Of a stretch of DNA of 64,000 nt, positions 39,798-50,242 are shown in pieces. The DNA comes from Nannocystales bacterium. GTDB taxonomy: Bacteria; Myxococcota_A; Polyangia; Nannocystales; Nannocystaceae. Below the pieces are notes generated by a model. The model was not told the DNA's origin and ran no database searches. It saw only the letters and a list, made by a program, of their open reading frames with translations. The DNA lies in assembly GCA_050633305.1 (NCBI GenBank), contig JBOEGF010000010.1, forward strand, positions 1 through 64,000, in the 5' to 3' direction. Every line of letters starts with the position of its first letter. The first letter of the stretch is position 1. The position numbers and the translations under genes were made by a program.

Positions 39798-41861
39798 ATG
39801 CGAGACTTCGACGGACTTCTACGACGCGGGACCACAGTGGACCCGCTCGAGCTTCGGCGTCTCGTTGCATCGGTGCGCGCACGGGTGCTCGGCCGAACAG
39901 AACGGACGACGCTCGGCCGCTACGTGCTCCGCGGCAAGCTGGGCCAGGGGGGATTCGGCACCGTGTATCGCGCGTTTGACCCCCAGACCCAGCGTGAGGT
40001 GGCCGTAAAGGTGCTGCGGCCCGACCGAGGACGACGGAGTCTCCGCGATGAAGCACGAGCAATCGCGGCGGTCGAGAGCGCCCATGTCGTACGGGTCCTC
40101 GACTATGGCAGCGACGCAGAGCGGGACTACTTCGTCATGGAGTTGGTCGAGGGGCAGTCGCTGCGGGGGTGGCTGGCGGGCGATCTCGAGAAAACCCTGC
40201 TCGTTCTCGACGACCTGTTGCGCGGCGTGGAGGCGATCCACGCGTGTGGACTCGTGCACTGCGACCTCAAACCGGAGAACGTCGTCATCGATCTGCACGG
40301 TCGAGCGGTCATCATGGACTTCGGACTCGCGCTGCCTGTCGCCGCACTGCGGGAGCGAAGCGATCCCGTGGGCGGAAGCCCCCCGTACAGTGCGCCAGAG
40401 CAGTTTACTCAGGCGGCACTCGATGCGCGGGTCGATCAGTACGCGCTCGGCAAGATCGGACTCGAGCTGTTGCCACCAGAGTCGGAGCCGCGTATCCGAG
40501 CTGTATTGCGTCGTGCGAGCGCTCCGAGCCCCGACCTGCGGTTCGTATCGGTCGCTGATTTTCGTAGAGCCTTGCGGAGGCCCTCCCCGCTGGGGACCGC
40601 AGGTGCGCTGACGTTTCTCGTCGCTCCGATACTTGCCGCCGTCGGTTTCGCGGCGTTGCCGGCGGCACCCACAGCCGAGAGCTCGCCTCAGGAGGTCTCC
40701 GCTCGGATCCCCAACGACGCGCTCCGTGTCGAGTTGTTGGCGGTGGACGCCCTGTTGGAGGCAGAGCACCTCGAGGCAGCACGTGTTGCGTTGGACGCCA
40801 TCCCCCGCGAAGTGTGGTTGGAAGGCGACGCGTCGGGCCAGGCTGACGAACTCGCGATGCGGGCCACGCTTGCCTTCCAACGCAACGATGTCGATGGAGG
40901 TCTCGACGCCTTGGAGTCGGCGGTGTGGGTCGCAGTCGAGGCCGATCGGTATCAGAGCGCCGCGCTCCATGCCACCGAACTCGCGGCTCGCATCGCCCAG
41001 CACCTCGGTGACGCGGAGGCCGCCGCGCGAATGAGTTCGCTGGCGTGGTTGGCCGTCGAACGCGAGGGGTCCCCGCCGCCTCTTGTTGCTCGCTACTGGA
41101 ATTCGGTGGCTCATGTCGAACGGTTCTTGGGGCGACCGGAGGGAGAACTGGATGCGGCGAAGCGTGCCGTCGAAGCTCTGGAGAACACGGCGGACGGTCC
41201 CAGTTGGCAGGAACTGGGGACGCTCGGGTTTGCCTACACCTCGGTCGGTGACTTCGAAGGTGCGCGGCTCAACCTTGAACGCGCCCTGGAACGCGGTGCC
41301 GACGACCCAAGCGCGCACGCCATCGTGGCGCCTGGACTCGCCGACCTGGAGTTCCAGCAGGGGAATGTCGGTGCTGCAATTCGGATGGGTCGGGCGGTGG
41401 TTGAACACAGCGTTGCTGCGAGAGGTGCCGACCATCCCTTCACGGTCAACGCGAGAGCACAGTTGGGCCTTTTCCTGATCGAGCACGATCCGCCGCAGGC
41501 GGTGATCGAGCTGCGTACCGCAGACGCGCTCAACGCCAAGGCCACGGGGATCTTCGCGCAGGTCGTGCGCGCCAACCTTGGCCGCGCACTCGCGGGTGCA
41601 GGCAAAATGGAAGAAGGAGAAACGCTCCTGCTCCGAGTGTTGGCTGACCTCGACGCCGCGGGTACCAGTCCAGCGTACGATGTCGCCTTCATCTGGGGCA
41701 TGCTCGGAGAGGTGCGCGAGATGGCGGATCGGCCTCATCTCGCACGAGATGCGTACGACCAGGCGCTCGAACGACTTCCTCCTGATGCGGAGATGGACAG
41801 CCTGCGCGAAGACCTCGAGGAGAGGCGCGCCGCGGTCACGCAGACGGACTCCGCACCGTGA
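39798..41861 (+). CDS. Hanks-type Ser/Thr kinase with TM and TPR domain
   Basis: LGQGGFGTVY, VAVK, HCDLKPEN, DFGLA, YSAPE, DQY; TM; TPR-like helices. Confidence 0.9.
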   Translation: MRDFDGLLRRGTTVDPLELRRLVASVRARVLGRTERTTLGRYVLRGKLGQGGFGTVYRAFDPQTQREVAVKVLRPDRGRRSLRDEARAIAAVESAHVVRVLDYGSDAERDYFVMELVEGQSLRGWLAGDLEKTLLVLDDLLRGVEAIHACGLVHCDLKPENVVIDLHGRAVIMDFGLALPVAALRERSDPVGGSPPYSAPEQFTQAALDARVDQYALGKIGLELLPPESEPRIRAVLRRASAPSPDLRFVSVADFRRALRRPSPLGTAGALTFLVAPILAAVGFAALPAAPTAESSPQEVSARIPNDALRVELLAVDALLEAEHLEAARVALDAIPREVWLEGDASGQADELAMRATLAFQRNDVDGGLDALESAVWVAVEADRYQSAALHATELAARIAQHLGDAEAAARMSSLAWLAVEREGSPPPLVARYWNSVAHVERFLGRPEGELDAAKRAVEALENTADGPSWQELGTLGFAYTSVGDFEGARLNLERALERGADDPSAHAIVAPGLADLEFQQGNVGAAIRMGRAVVEHSVAARGADHPFTVNARAQLGLFLIEHDPPQAVIELRTADALNAKATGIFAQVVRANLGRALAGAGKMEEGETLLLRVLADLDAAGTSPAYDVAFIWGMLGEVREMADRPHLARDAYDQALERLPPDAEMDSLREDLEERRAAVTQTDSAP

Positions 41862-41882
41862 TTTCGGGCATGCGGTGGATGC

Positions 41883-43052
41883 CTACTGCCCGGAGAAGCG
41901 ATCGAACAACGCATTCGTGTTCATGCGCTCGTCCGGCTCGCCTCGCTCGGTCGCGCGAACCGGGTGTTCGCTCTCGTCTTTCCACTCGATGTCTGGCCAC
42001 CACCGCGTGGTCTCGGCCAGGGTTGAGAGCTCGATGCTTTCACCCGGTCGAGGCGTCGCCACGGTGACGCCGACGGCCTCGGCCTTGGCGTGCACCCGCT
42101 CGACCGGCGCCGTCCAGGCGTGTGGGGCGAGCCGGAACAGCCCCCAGTGGACGGGTAGGAGCGCCTTTCCGCGGACCATGAGGTGGGCGAGCACGGCTTG
42201 CTCGGGGCCGAGGTGCCAGTCGGGCCAGCTGTCGTCGTACTGCCCGACCTCGATCATCGTGAGGTCGAAGGGGCCGTATCGGTCACCGATCGTCTCCAGC
42301 GCCGGGAAGAGGCCCGTGTCTCCTGAGAAATAGACACGGTGTTGATCGCCGACCAGTGCATATCCTGCCCACAGCGTGCGGTCACGTGTGGCGAGCCGAC
42401 GCCCCGAAGCGTGGCGTGCAGGGACACAGGCGACGCGCAGCCCGCGAACATCGGCTTCTTCCCACCAATCGAGCTCGGTGATCCGCGTGGCTGGGACGCC
42501 CCATCGTCTTAGGTGCGTTCCGACCCCCAGCGGCACGATGAAACGAGTGTCCCAGTCCGCCATGCGCCGAATGGTCGTGTGGTCGAGGTGATCGTAGTGG
42601 TCGTGGGAGAGCACGACTGCGTCGAGCGGCGGAACCTCGTCGAGGGGAAGCGGAGGGGCATACCACCGCTTCGGCCCGACCCGGGCAAACGGCGAGGAGC
42701 GCGGGCCCCAATGCGGGTCGGTGAGAATGGTTCGACCATCGATCTCGAGCAGAACCGATGAGTGGCCAAGCCAGGTCGCGCGTAGGCCCGAGGCCGGGGG
42801 GGTCGCGAACGACTCCCGACTCCGCGCCACGACGGGGATCGGCGTCTCGGGCTCGCTCTGTGTCTTGCGAGAGCCGCCCCGCAGGGCGCCCCAGAAGTCG
42901 ATGTACAGAGGCTGCGGGTTCTTGAACTTGCGTCGCTCGTACAGGGGGGACCTGCGTAGCTCGATGCGCTCGGCTCGCCGCGGGACTCGGCCGAATCCGG
43001 CGCACCCCGTTGCGATGGTCGCCCATGCGGCGATGATGACAAACGTCCTCAC
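41883..43052 (-). CDS. MBL-fold metallo-hydrolase (RomA/NAPE-PLD-like), lipoprotein
   Basis: IATGC lipobox; TWLGHSS, ILTDP, LSHDHYDHLD, PARHASGR, YFSGDTG, PVHWG. Confidence 0.9.
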   Translation of the reverse strand: MRTFVIIAAWATIATGCAGFGRVPRRAERIELRRSPLYERRKFKNPQPLYIDFWGALRGGSRKTQSEPETPIPVVARSRESFATPPASGLRATWLGHSSVLLEIDGRTILTDPHWGPRSSPFARVGPKRWYAPPLPLDEVPPLDAVVLSHDHYDHLDHTTIRRMADWDTRFIVPLGVGTHLRRWGVPATRITELDWWEEADVRGLRVACVPARHASGRRLATRDRTLWAGYALVGDQHRVYFSGDTGLFPALETIGDRYGPFDLTMIEVGQYDDSWPDWHLGPEQAVLAHLMVRGKALLPVHWGLFRLAPHAWTAPVERVHAKAEAVGVTVATPRPGESIELSTLAETTRWWPDIEWKDESEHPVRATERGEPDERMNTNALFDRFSGQ

Positions 43053-43191
43053 GGCTCGTGACCTCAACCTAGTCGCACGTCTGGCGCCTGGTCCAGTTAA
43101 TCGAGGACCTCGTCGGCTGTTGGCGCCCCTCGCGGGTCGTTTGGCGCGCGTGGCAAGTCCTCGCCGCGCCGAGCTCTCGTACTGTACCGAG

Positions 43192-44454
43192 GTGAGTCTT
43201 GGGCCCTCGATTCGATTGGCGGTTGTCGGCGGCGCGTTGGCCATTGCCGGACTGGCCGCCTTCATGGCCGCGACGGCGGACTCCACACGTGCCGCGGTGA
43301 CCGCCGGGCAAGAACACGCCGGTGACGTCTCGCCGGAACTATCGCAACCGCCCCCGGCCGTCACCACGGGGCCGCCCGAGCCCGCCCTCTCGCTCGGGGC
43401 CGCGCCGAGCGGGGACCGGCTGGCGCGGATGCAGGCGTCGTCGCAGTGGTCACAGGGGATCTTCGTCAACCCTCAGCCTTTGTGGAACTCCACGACGCTG
43501 ACGATGAACGAGATGATGCGCCGACCCTCGCACGCCGTCCCTCAGGGACCGGTCGCGGTCGAGGAGGTGGATGCGGTTCGCTTCGAAGTCCCCCCCGAAA
43601 CCGGTCTGCGCGTGACGTGGTTGGGCCATTCCACGATGCTCGTGGAGATCGACGGTGCTCTGATTCTCACGGACCCGGTGTGGGGCGACTTCGCAGGTCC
43701 CGCACAGGGGGTTGGCCCCGACCGTTGGTATCCACCGCCGCTCCCTCTCAAAGACCTTCCCGACGTCGACGCGGTCCTGATCTCGCATGACCACTACGAC
43801 CACCTCGACACCCCCACGATCGTGCAGCTCGCAAAACGGGACGTCCATTTTGTCGCGCCATTGGGGGTCGGCGCTCACCTCGAACGATGGGGCGTCCCTG
43901 CCGACCGGATCTCCGAGGTTGACTGGTGGGACGAGGTGGAGCTGGGCTCGGTGAAGCTGACCTGCACGCCGGCAAGACATGCGAGCGGGCGAGGGTTGTT
44001 TGACCAGAATCGGACGCTCTGGGCCGGGTACGTGATGCGTGGGGCCGAGCACGCGGTGTACTTCTCTGGTGATACCGGGCTGTTTCCGGACATGAAGACC
44101 ATTGGCGAGCGCTTGGGGCCGTTCGACCTGACTATGATCGAGGTCGGTGCGTATGGGCGAGGTTGGCCAGATTGGCACATTGGACCCGAGCAGGCGGTGC
44201 AGGCCCACGGTTGGCTCCGCGGCGAGGTCTTGCTTCCCATTCACTGGGGGCTCTTCGACCTCTCGGCCCACGGTTGGACCGAGCCGATCGAGCGGGTCAT
44301 CGTTGCGGCCGAGTCGGCCAACGTGACCCTCGTGTCTCCTCGCCCCGGAGGATGGTTCGAGCCCGGGCGGCCGCCGAAGCTCGAGCGCTGGTGGCCCAGC
44401 CTCCCGTGGCGGACAGCCAACGATGCCCCGATCGTGTCGACGAAGCTCGACTGA
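43192..44454 (+). CDS. MBL-fold metallo-hydrolase (RomA/NAPE-PLD-like), paralog 2
   Basis: TWLGHST, ISHDHYDHLD, PARHASGR, YFSGDTG, PIHWG; N-terminal hydrophobic anchor. Confidence 0.9.
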   Translation: MSLGPSIRLAVVGGALAIAGLAAFMAATADSTRAAVTAGQEHAGDVSPELSQPPPAVTTGPPEPALSLGAAPSGDRLARMQASSQWSQGIFVNPQPLWNSTTLTMNEMMRRPSHAVPQGPVAVEEVDAVRFEVPPETGLRVTWLGHSTMLVEIDGALILTDPVWGDFAGPAQGVGPDRWYPPPLPLKDLPDVDAVLISHDHYDHLDTPTIVQLAKRDVHFVAPLGVGAHLERWGVPADRISEVDWWDEVELGSVKLTCTPARHASGRGLFDQNRTLWAGYVMRGAEHAVYFSGDTGLFPDMKTIGERLGPFDLTMIEVGAYGRGWPDWHIGPEQAVQAHGWLRGEVLLPIHWGLFDLSAHGWTEPIERVIVAAESANVTLVSPRPGGWFEPGRPPKLERWWPSLPWRTANDAPIVSTKLD

Positions 44455-44648
44455 CGGCGGGGTATCGCTTCCGCATCGGAGCACTCGTACCCGTCCTGTT
44501 CTCGACCGCCGGTTTCCGCCGATGGCCCGTTCTCAGCTCGCCTCAGACGGTGGTCCTGGGGGCGGGTCTTCCACGAATTCGGGGCGGCTCAACTTTGGTT
44601 GCCGTACGCCGATTGCTCGTACACGAGGACTCGTCTCCTCGTTTCGGC

Positions 44649-46673
44649 ATGTCTCGCGAAGAAGAACTCGAGAAGCAGCTCACCGCTGCTTCGAACCAGG
44701 CTCTCCTGGAGCGCTGCGTACAGGGGTCGATCTTCTATCCGGTCCTCATGCTGATCGCTCTGTTGGCGACCGACTGGAGCACCGAACACGTTGGCGCAAG
44801 CGCAGCGGTCCTGGGCGTCATGCTGGCCGCCGCGACCGTGCGATTCGTCTACCTCCGGCGCCTCCTCAAGACGCCCTCGTCCTATCTGGAGAGGTTGCCA
44901 TCGCTCTTGGTCCCTGCGCTCTTCGCCCCGAGCCTTTGCGTGGGTCTGTTTACGGCCGCAACCCTTCACCTCTTCGGGATCACGAGCTTCAGCGCGATGC
45001 CGGCTGTCCTCGTTGCGATGGGCATGGCCGCAGGGGGGACGAGCGCTCTCGCGATGAAACCCAGGATCCACCTGGTTTTCCTCGGTACCCTTCTGGTCCC
45101 GATCGGACTCGCCGCCTTTGCCTTGGGCGCAAAGTCAGGCATCAGTGTCGGGCTCTTCACGGTTCTCTTGGTGGTGTTTCTTCGCCGCGAGGGGCAGGCC
45201 GCGCATGCCGACTTCGTGGGACTGGTCGACCGCGAGTTCGCCCTGCACGAAGTCGTTGCGGAGCTGAAGGCCAAGCAAGGCGAGTTGGTGAACGCCAACG
45301 ACAGCATGTGCTTGGTCCTCGACAACGTTGAAGAAGGCCTGTGCGTGATCGACACCGCCGGGAATATCGGACCGCACAGTTCTCGCTCATTTGAGCGTCT
45401 GTTTGGGACCGCAACTCCGGGTCAATCTTTTGCTGAGCATCTTGGGGACCGCGACTTCGCGGACTGGTTCGGAGTCTCGTTCGAAATGCTGGCCGAGGGC
45501 TGCCTCGACCCTGAAATCGTTCTCGAACAGCTCCCAACCACGCTCGAGCACAAAGGGCGCCACCTACGGTTCGGCTACACGTTGATCGAGCGTGCCGGGG
45601 AGGTCGAGGGGGTCCTGGTCGTGGTGGACGACGTCACGGACCGACTCGCGGCCGAGGAAGCCGAGCGTGACCAGGGGGAGATGGTTGCTCTACTTCGACT
45701 TCTTGCCCGTGATGCTGATGGGTTTCGCGAGTTCCGGGTCAGCGGTGCTGCGCTCGTTCGGCGTCTGCTCGACGCCGACGAAACACCGAGCGAGGAGCGC
45801 CGGACGCTTCACACTCTCAAGGGCAACGCCGCACTGATGGGCGTCGACACTGTCGCCAAGTATTGCCACGACTTGGAGAGCGAACTCGATGGAAGCGGAG
45901 ATCGAATCAGCCCCGCGAAGCGGCGTCAGCTCTCCGACGTGTGGGCTGCGACCGAAGCTCGAATGACCGTCATTTTCGGCGAGAGGGAGGGAATCATCGA
46001 GATCTCTGAAGCCGAGTACAGCTCGCTGCTCGACAAGATCGCCGGAGGCGCCTCATCCCGAGAGTTGGCAGAGCTGGTCCGAGGGTGGAGGCTTGACTCC
46101 GTTCCGCAGCGGCTCGCCCGGATGGCGAGGAGCGCAGAGGTCCTGGCCGTGAAGCTCGGCAAGCAGCTCCGCATCGAGTTGGACGGGTCGGCCATGCGTC
46201 TCGACCCTTCACGCTGGCGCGAATTCTGGTCTTGCTGCGTCCACTTGATTCGCAACTCGGTGGATCACGGAATTGAAGACCAAAAGACGCGGGTCGCCCG
46301 TGGGAAAGACGGGACGGGAACGCTTTGGCTCTCGATGGAACGGGACGGCGGGGACGTGGTCATGCGTGTGCGGGACGATGGCGGTGGGATCGACTGGGAG
46401 CGTGTCGCTCTCAAGGCCGAAGCACTCGGGCTGCCGTTCGGGACGCAAGATGCACTTGAAGCGGCCCTCTTCACCGACGGACTCTCCACCAAGGATCGAG
46501 TGAGCGCTACGTCTGGACGAGGGGTGGGTCTCAGCGCCCTCGCGAAGGAGACCCTGCGTATGGGTGGGTCTCTCCACGTCCACAGTCTGTTCGGTGAGGG
46601 GACTCAGTTCACGATCCGCATCCCGGATGTGCCCGTGCTTCCGCAGCTGCAGGCCGTCGGAAGCGTTTCCTAG
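44649..46673 (+). CDS. Membrane sensor kinase: TM-PAS-HPt-CheA-type HATPase, no CheW domain (class III HK-like)
   Basis: Multiple TMs; LDNVEEGLCVID; RRTLHTLKGNA (HPt); HLIRNSVDHGIE, DDGGGID, SGRGVGL; ends right after FTIRIP. Confidence 0.85.
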   Translation: MSREEELEKQLTAASNQALLERCVQGSIFYPVLMLIALLATDWSTEHVGASAAVLGVMLAAATVRFVYLRRLLKTPSSYLERLPSLLVPALFAPSLCVGLFTAATLHLFGITSFSAMPAVLVAMGMAAGGTSALAMKPRIHLVFLGTLLVPIGLAAFALGAKSGISVGLFTVLLVVFLRREGQAAHADFVGLVDREFALHEVVAELKAKQGELVNANDSMCLVLDNVEEGLCVIDTAGNIGPHSSRSFERLFGTATPGQSFAEHLGDRDFADWFGVSFEMLAEGCLDPEIVLEQLPTTLEHKGRHLRFGYTLIERAGEVEGVLVVVDDVTDRLAAEEAERDQGEMVALLRLLARDADGFREFRVSGAALVRRLLDADETPSEERRTLHTLKGNAALMGVDTVAKYCHDLESELDGSGDRISPAKRRQLSDVWAATEARMTVIFGEREGIIEISEAEYSSLLDKIAGGASSRELAELVRGWRLDSVPQRLARMARSAEVLAVKLGKQLRIELDGSAMRLDPSRWREFWSCCVHLIRNSVDHGIEDQKTRVARGKDGTGTLWLSMERDGGDVVMRVRDDGGGIDWERVALKAEALGLPFGTQDALEAALFTDGLSTKDRVSATSGRGVGLSALAKETLRMGGSLHVHSLFGEGTQFTIRIPDVPVLPQLQAVGSVS

Positions 46674-46983
46674 GTCCTGTTCATGTCGCGGACATCTTCG
46701 GGGCGCCGGCCACTTGGCCCGTCCCACGTTCGCAGCGTCGGGTATGGTGGCCAGTCGGGTTGCGTTTCACCCCGTGCCCACCGACGACGACAGAATCGCC
46801 ACCGATAGCTTCACCGAGTTTGTCTGCGTGGTGATTTGGGTCGGCTCCGGACTGCGCCCGATTTGCCGCTCGACGACCCCTGCGGACCGACCCCTCGCGT
46901 TCCCCAGGGCGTCTCGACCCGAGGGGAACATGCTCAGCAGAAAAAACGACGAATGCGACCGGTCCTGGAGAACGGGAGGTTAC

Positions 46984-47395
46984 ATGAGACTTGAAATGCC
47001 AACCTTAGTCTTTCCTTTCGTCGTCTGCGCGGCCCTGGTCGTCTTGTCGGCGTGCGACGCCGGTGAACGGCGGGACGACGCTCATGAGTATCGTCGCGGT
47101 CAAGGACCTGGACGGGTTGCTGCTCGGCCTGGCGATCTCCGGCGATCCCGACTTCCAGGACAGCGTTGGCATCGAACACACCGACGCGGGGTGCTCGGTG
47201 GACGAGACAGGCGTCATTCCCTTGTGCGCGGTCTACACGTTGGAGGACTCCACGCTCGAGCTCCTCGGTGCAGGCGAGGGTCTGTTGGAGACGTCCGATG
47301 GGGTCTACCGCGTCCGTCAGGAGGCGTTGGGTACACAGGTGGGCAACCCCGACATGCCGGACTTCGTGACGGCCACGGTCTTCCTCGAGAGTTGA
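46984..47395 (+). pseudogene. Probable frameshifted or internally deleted lipoprotein gene
   Basis: GGAGGT RBS and MRLEMPTLVFPFVVCAALVVLSAC in one frame; protein-like body (47063-47395) in another frame. Confidence 0.5.
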
Positions 47396-47466
47396 GGTTA
47401 GGCCCCGTGGGTTGGTGAGCGAGGGCGGGCCTCAAGGGCCGTCATCCGTGGTCGCGAGCCGCAGCC

Positions 47467-48186
47467 CTACGCGAGCTGGACGTCGGTGTTGAACTCGCGG
47501 GTGATCTTTTCGTTGGTCGGATCGACCATGAAGACGCGGGCCTTGCCCGTCTGGCCGTCGAACTCGGTGAGCAGCCAGATCTCGATCGCCCAGTCCTCGG
47601 TCTCTGCCAGACACGGGGGGGCCCAACCGATGATGACCGGACCGCCCAGACCTTCGGAGGCCCGGCTTGCGGCGGCCCGTTGGTATCCTTCGTAGGCACG
47701 GACGCAACGGACGGCGGCATCTGCGACAAACGGCTCGACCTGCTTGCGCCAACCGCTGAGGAATCGGAAATCCTCGAACGTCGCCGTGCCCGGCTTGAGA
47801 ACGCCGACATAGGTCTCGCTGCCTTCGATCTCGGCGTAGTCGGGGACGTCGAACTCGGGGTAGAGGTTCGACTCGCCGATCTCTTCGTCGCGGGCGTTGA
47901 GGATCCGCTGGACGTGTCGGTCTGCTTCGTCGTCGTAACAAGCGAAGACCCGCAGCAACATGAACTGGCTCGGTAGTTGGTGGTCCCAATCGAGAACGAC
48001 GCGGACCGAGCGAAAGCGGTGGTCGGAGAAAGCCGAGAGCGGTGGAATTGCGCTCGCCAGTGCCTCGAGCTGCACGCCCGATGGCTTGAACCCTTGGTCG
48101 GCGAGACGGACGTGGACCTTGAGGTCGTGGAGAACGGTATTGCGCACCCGTTCGGTGTCCGCGTCGCGATCTGAACCTCGGCTCAC
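47467..48186 (-). CDS. Hypothetical protein, co-transcribed after hisG
   Basis: Abuts the hisG stop; globular composition, GC3-rich codons. Confidence 0.75.
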   Translation of the reverse strand: MSRGSDRDADTERVRNTVLHDLKVHVRLADQGFKPSGVQLEALASAIPPLSAFSDHRFRSVRVVLDWDHQLPSQFMLLRVFACYDDEADRHVQRILNARDEEIGESNLYPEFDVPDYAEIEGSETYVGVLKPGTATFEDFRFLSGWRKQVEPFVADAAVRCVRAYEGYQRAAASRASEGLGGPVIIGWAPPCLAETEDWAIEIWLLTEFDGQTGKARVFMVDPTNEKITREFNTDVQLA

Positions 48187-48861
48187 CTAGGCCACCGAGA
48201 CCTTTCCTGCCTGCGTGGCAGGTTGACCAATGCCGGGGGCCGAACGCAGAGCGTCGATTAACTTGGAAACCGCGGGCTTCAACTTGAGGCTCGGAGGGTG
48301 GACCACCAATCGGCTGGTCACGTGCAATACAGTTTCTACTTCCACGAGTCCGTTCTGGCGCAGCGTTTCACCACTCTCCACGAGGTCGACGATCTGGTCG
48401 GCCAGGGAGGTGAGGGCACCGAGCTCGACCGAGCCGTACAGCGGAATGATCTCCGCCGCGATTCCCTTGGATGCGTAGTGACGACGCGCGAGGTTGGGAT
48501 ATTTGGTGGCGACACGAACGCTCGTGCCGCGGTGCAGCGAGACCGGAGCGTCGGAGGGCTCCGCGACCGCGAGTCGGCAGGGGGCGATGCCGAGGTCGAC
48601 CGGTTCGTAGAGGTCTCGACCTTGCTCCTCGAGCGTGTCTCGACCCGCGATGCCGACGTCGGCGACTCCATACTCGACGTAGGTCGGAACATCGGTCGGC
48701 TTCACCAACAACAACCGATGTCCTCCCTCGAGGTCGAGCGTCAGCTTGCGGCCTGCGTTCTCGATCGCGGACGCGATGTCGATGCCGGCCGCCCCGAGCA
48801 ACGGAGTCACCTGCTCGAGGATGCGCCCCTTGGGAAGCGCGAACGTGAGGCCCCTACCCAC
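48187..48861 (-). CDS. hisG: ATP phosphoribosyltransferase, short form
   Basis: LTFALPKGRI, KPTDVPTYVEYGVADVGIAGRD, RVATKYP, GSVELG, IVDLVESGETLRQNGL. Confidence 0.96.
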   Translation of the reverse strand: MGRGLTFALPKGRILEQVTPLLGAAGIDIASAIENAGRKLTLDLEGGHRLLLVKPTDVPTYVEYGVADVGIAGRDTLEEQGRDLYEPVDLGIAPCRLAVAEPSDAPVSLHRGTSVRVATKYPNLARRHYASKGIAAEIIPLYGSVELGALTSLADQIVDLVESGETLRQNGLVEVETVLHVTSRLVVHPPSLKLKPAVSKLIDALRSAPGIGQPATQAGKVSVA

Positions 48862-48934
48862 TGCGCGCCATGGTAGCTCAGGATTCCCCGGCTGCGGGTG
48901 GGAAGGGGCGGTGGCGCCAGTGAGGTGGACCGAA

Positions 48935-50206
48935 TCAGGCCCGGGCTCCCGAGAGCCTGCGAATGCGTGCACCCAGGGGCCGCAGGCGCTCCTCGATGCC
49001 CTCGTAGCCGCGGTCGAGGTGGTACACGCGCCGCACCTCGGTCACGCCCGACGCGACCAGGCCCGCGACCACCAGAGAGGCGGATGCGCGGAGATCGGTC
49101 GCCATGACGGTGGCGCCCATGAGCTTAGAAGGCCCCCGAATTACCGCCGAATTCCCGTTCACCTTCACGTCTCCCCCCATGCGCGCCAACTCGGGCACGT
49201 GCATGAACCGGTTCTCGAAGATGGTCTCGGTGACAATGCTCTGCCCGTTAGCGCACAACGCCAGCACCATGAACTGGGCTTGCATGTCGGTGGGGAACCC
49301 TGGGTAGGGCCGGGTGCTGACGTCGATCGGGAGGATCTCTTCGGGCCCGATCACACGCAGACCGTCAGGCTCGACCCGACACTCGACCCCGGCCTCTTCC
49401 AGCTTGGCGATGGTCGCGTGCATGTGGTCGACGGGCGCGTGTTCGAGCAACACGTTGCCCCGCGTGACGGCGGCGGCGATAGCGAGCGTGCCGGCCTCGA
49501 TCCGGTCGGCGATGACGGCGTGCTCGATCCCGGTAAGGTTGTCCACGCCTTCGATCTCGATGACCGAAGTTCCGGCACCACTGATGCGGGCTCCCATCTT
49601 GTTGAGGAACCGGGCCAGCTCCTCGACCTCGGGCTCGCGAGCGACGTTTTCCAGTCGGCTCGTCCCCTTGGCCAGGGTGGCCGCCATCATGACGTTTTGT
49701 GTGCCGCCGACGGTGACCTTGTCGAAGACGAACGAACCGCCTCGGAGGCGATCCGCCTCGAGCTGGACGTAGCCGTTGGCGAGCTCGATCTTGGCGCCGA
49801 GCGCCTCGAGGCCCTTGAGGTGCTGATCGATGGGGCGGGCCCCGATCGCACAACCGCCAGGCAGCGAGACGCGGGCTCGGCCGTAGCGGGCCAGTAGCGG
49901 ACCCATTACGGTCACCGAGGCACGCATGGTCTTGACCATGTCGTACGGTGCTTCGAGGGGCCCACTGCGCACCCCGGTCGGGTCGATGCGCATCGTGTGC
50001 GTGTCGGTCATCTCGACTTCGCAGCCGAGCTGCGCCAGCAGGCGGCCCATCGTGCGTACGTCGGAGAGGTTGGGGATATGGCGGAGCGTGCTGGCGGTGT
50101 CGCCCAGCAAGGCCGCGCACTGAATCAGAAGCGCAGCGTTCTTCGCTCCGTTGATTCGTACGTTGCCGTTGAGGGCGCAGCCGCCTTCGATGACGATTTT
50201 GTCCAT
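48935..50206 (-). CDS. murA: UDP-N-acetylglucosamine 1-carboxyvinyltransferase
   Basis: [56 protein letters not shown]. Confidence 0.98.
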   Translation of the reverse strand: MDKIVIEGGCALNGNVRINGAKNAALLIQCAALLGDTASTLRHIPNLSDVRTMGRLLAQLGCEVEMTDTHTMRIDPTGVRSGPLEAPYDMVKTMRASVTVMGPLLARYGRARVSLPGGCAIGARPIDQHLKGLEALGAKIELANGYVQLEADRLRGGSFVFDKVTVGGTQNVMMAATLAKGTSRLENVAREPEVEELARFLNKMGARISGAGTSVIEIEGVDNLTGIEHAVIADRIEAGTLAIAAAVTRGNVLLEHAPVDHMHATIAKLEEAGVECRVEPDGLRVIGPEEILPIDVSTRPYPGFPTDMQAQFMVLALCANGQSIVTETIFENRFMHVPELARMGGDVKVNGNSAVIRGPSKLMGATVMATDLRASASLVVAGLVASGVTEVRRVYHLDRGYEGIEERLRPLGARIRRLSGARA

Positions 50207-50242
50207 GAGAACTCGGTGACAGGACGCGACAGTGTCCGGCGT

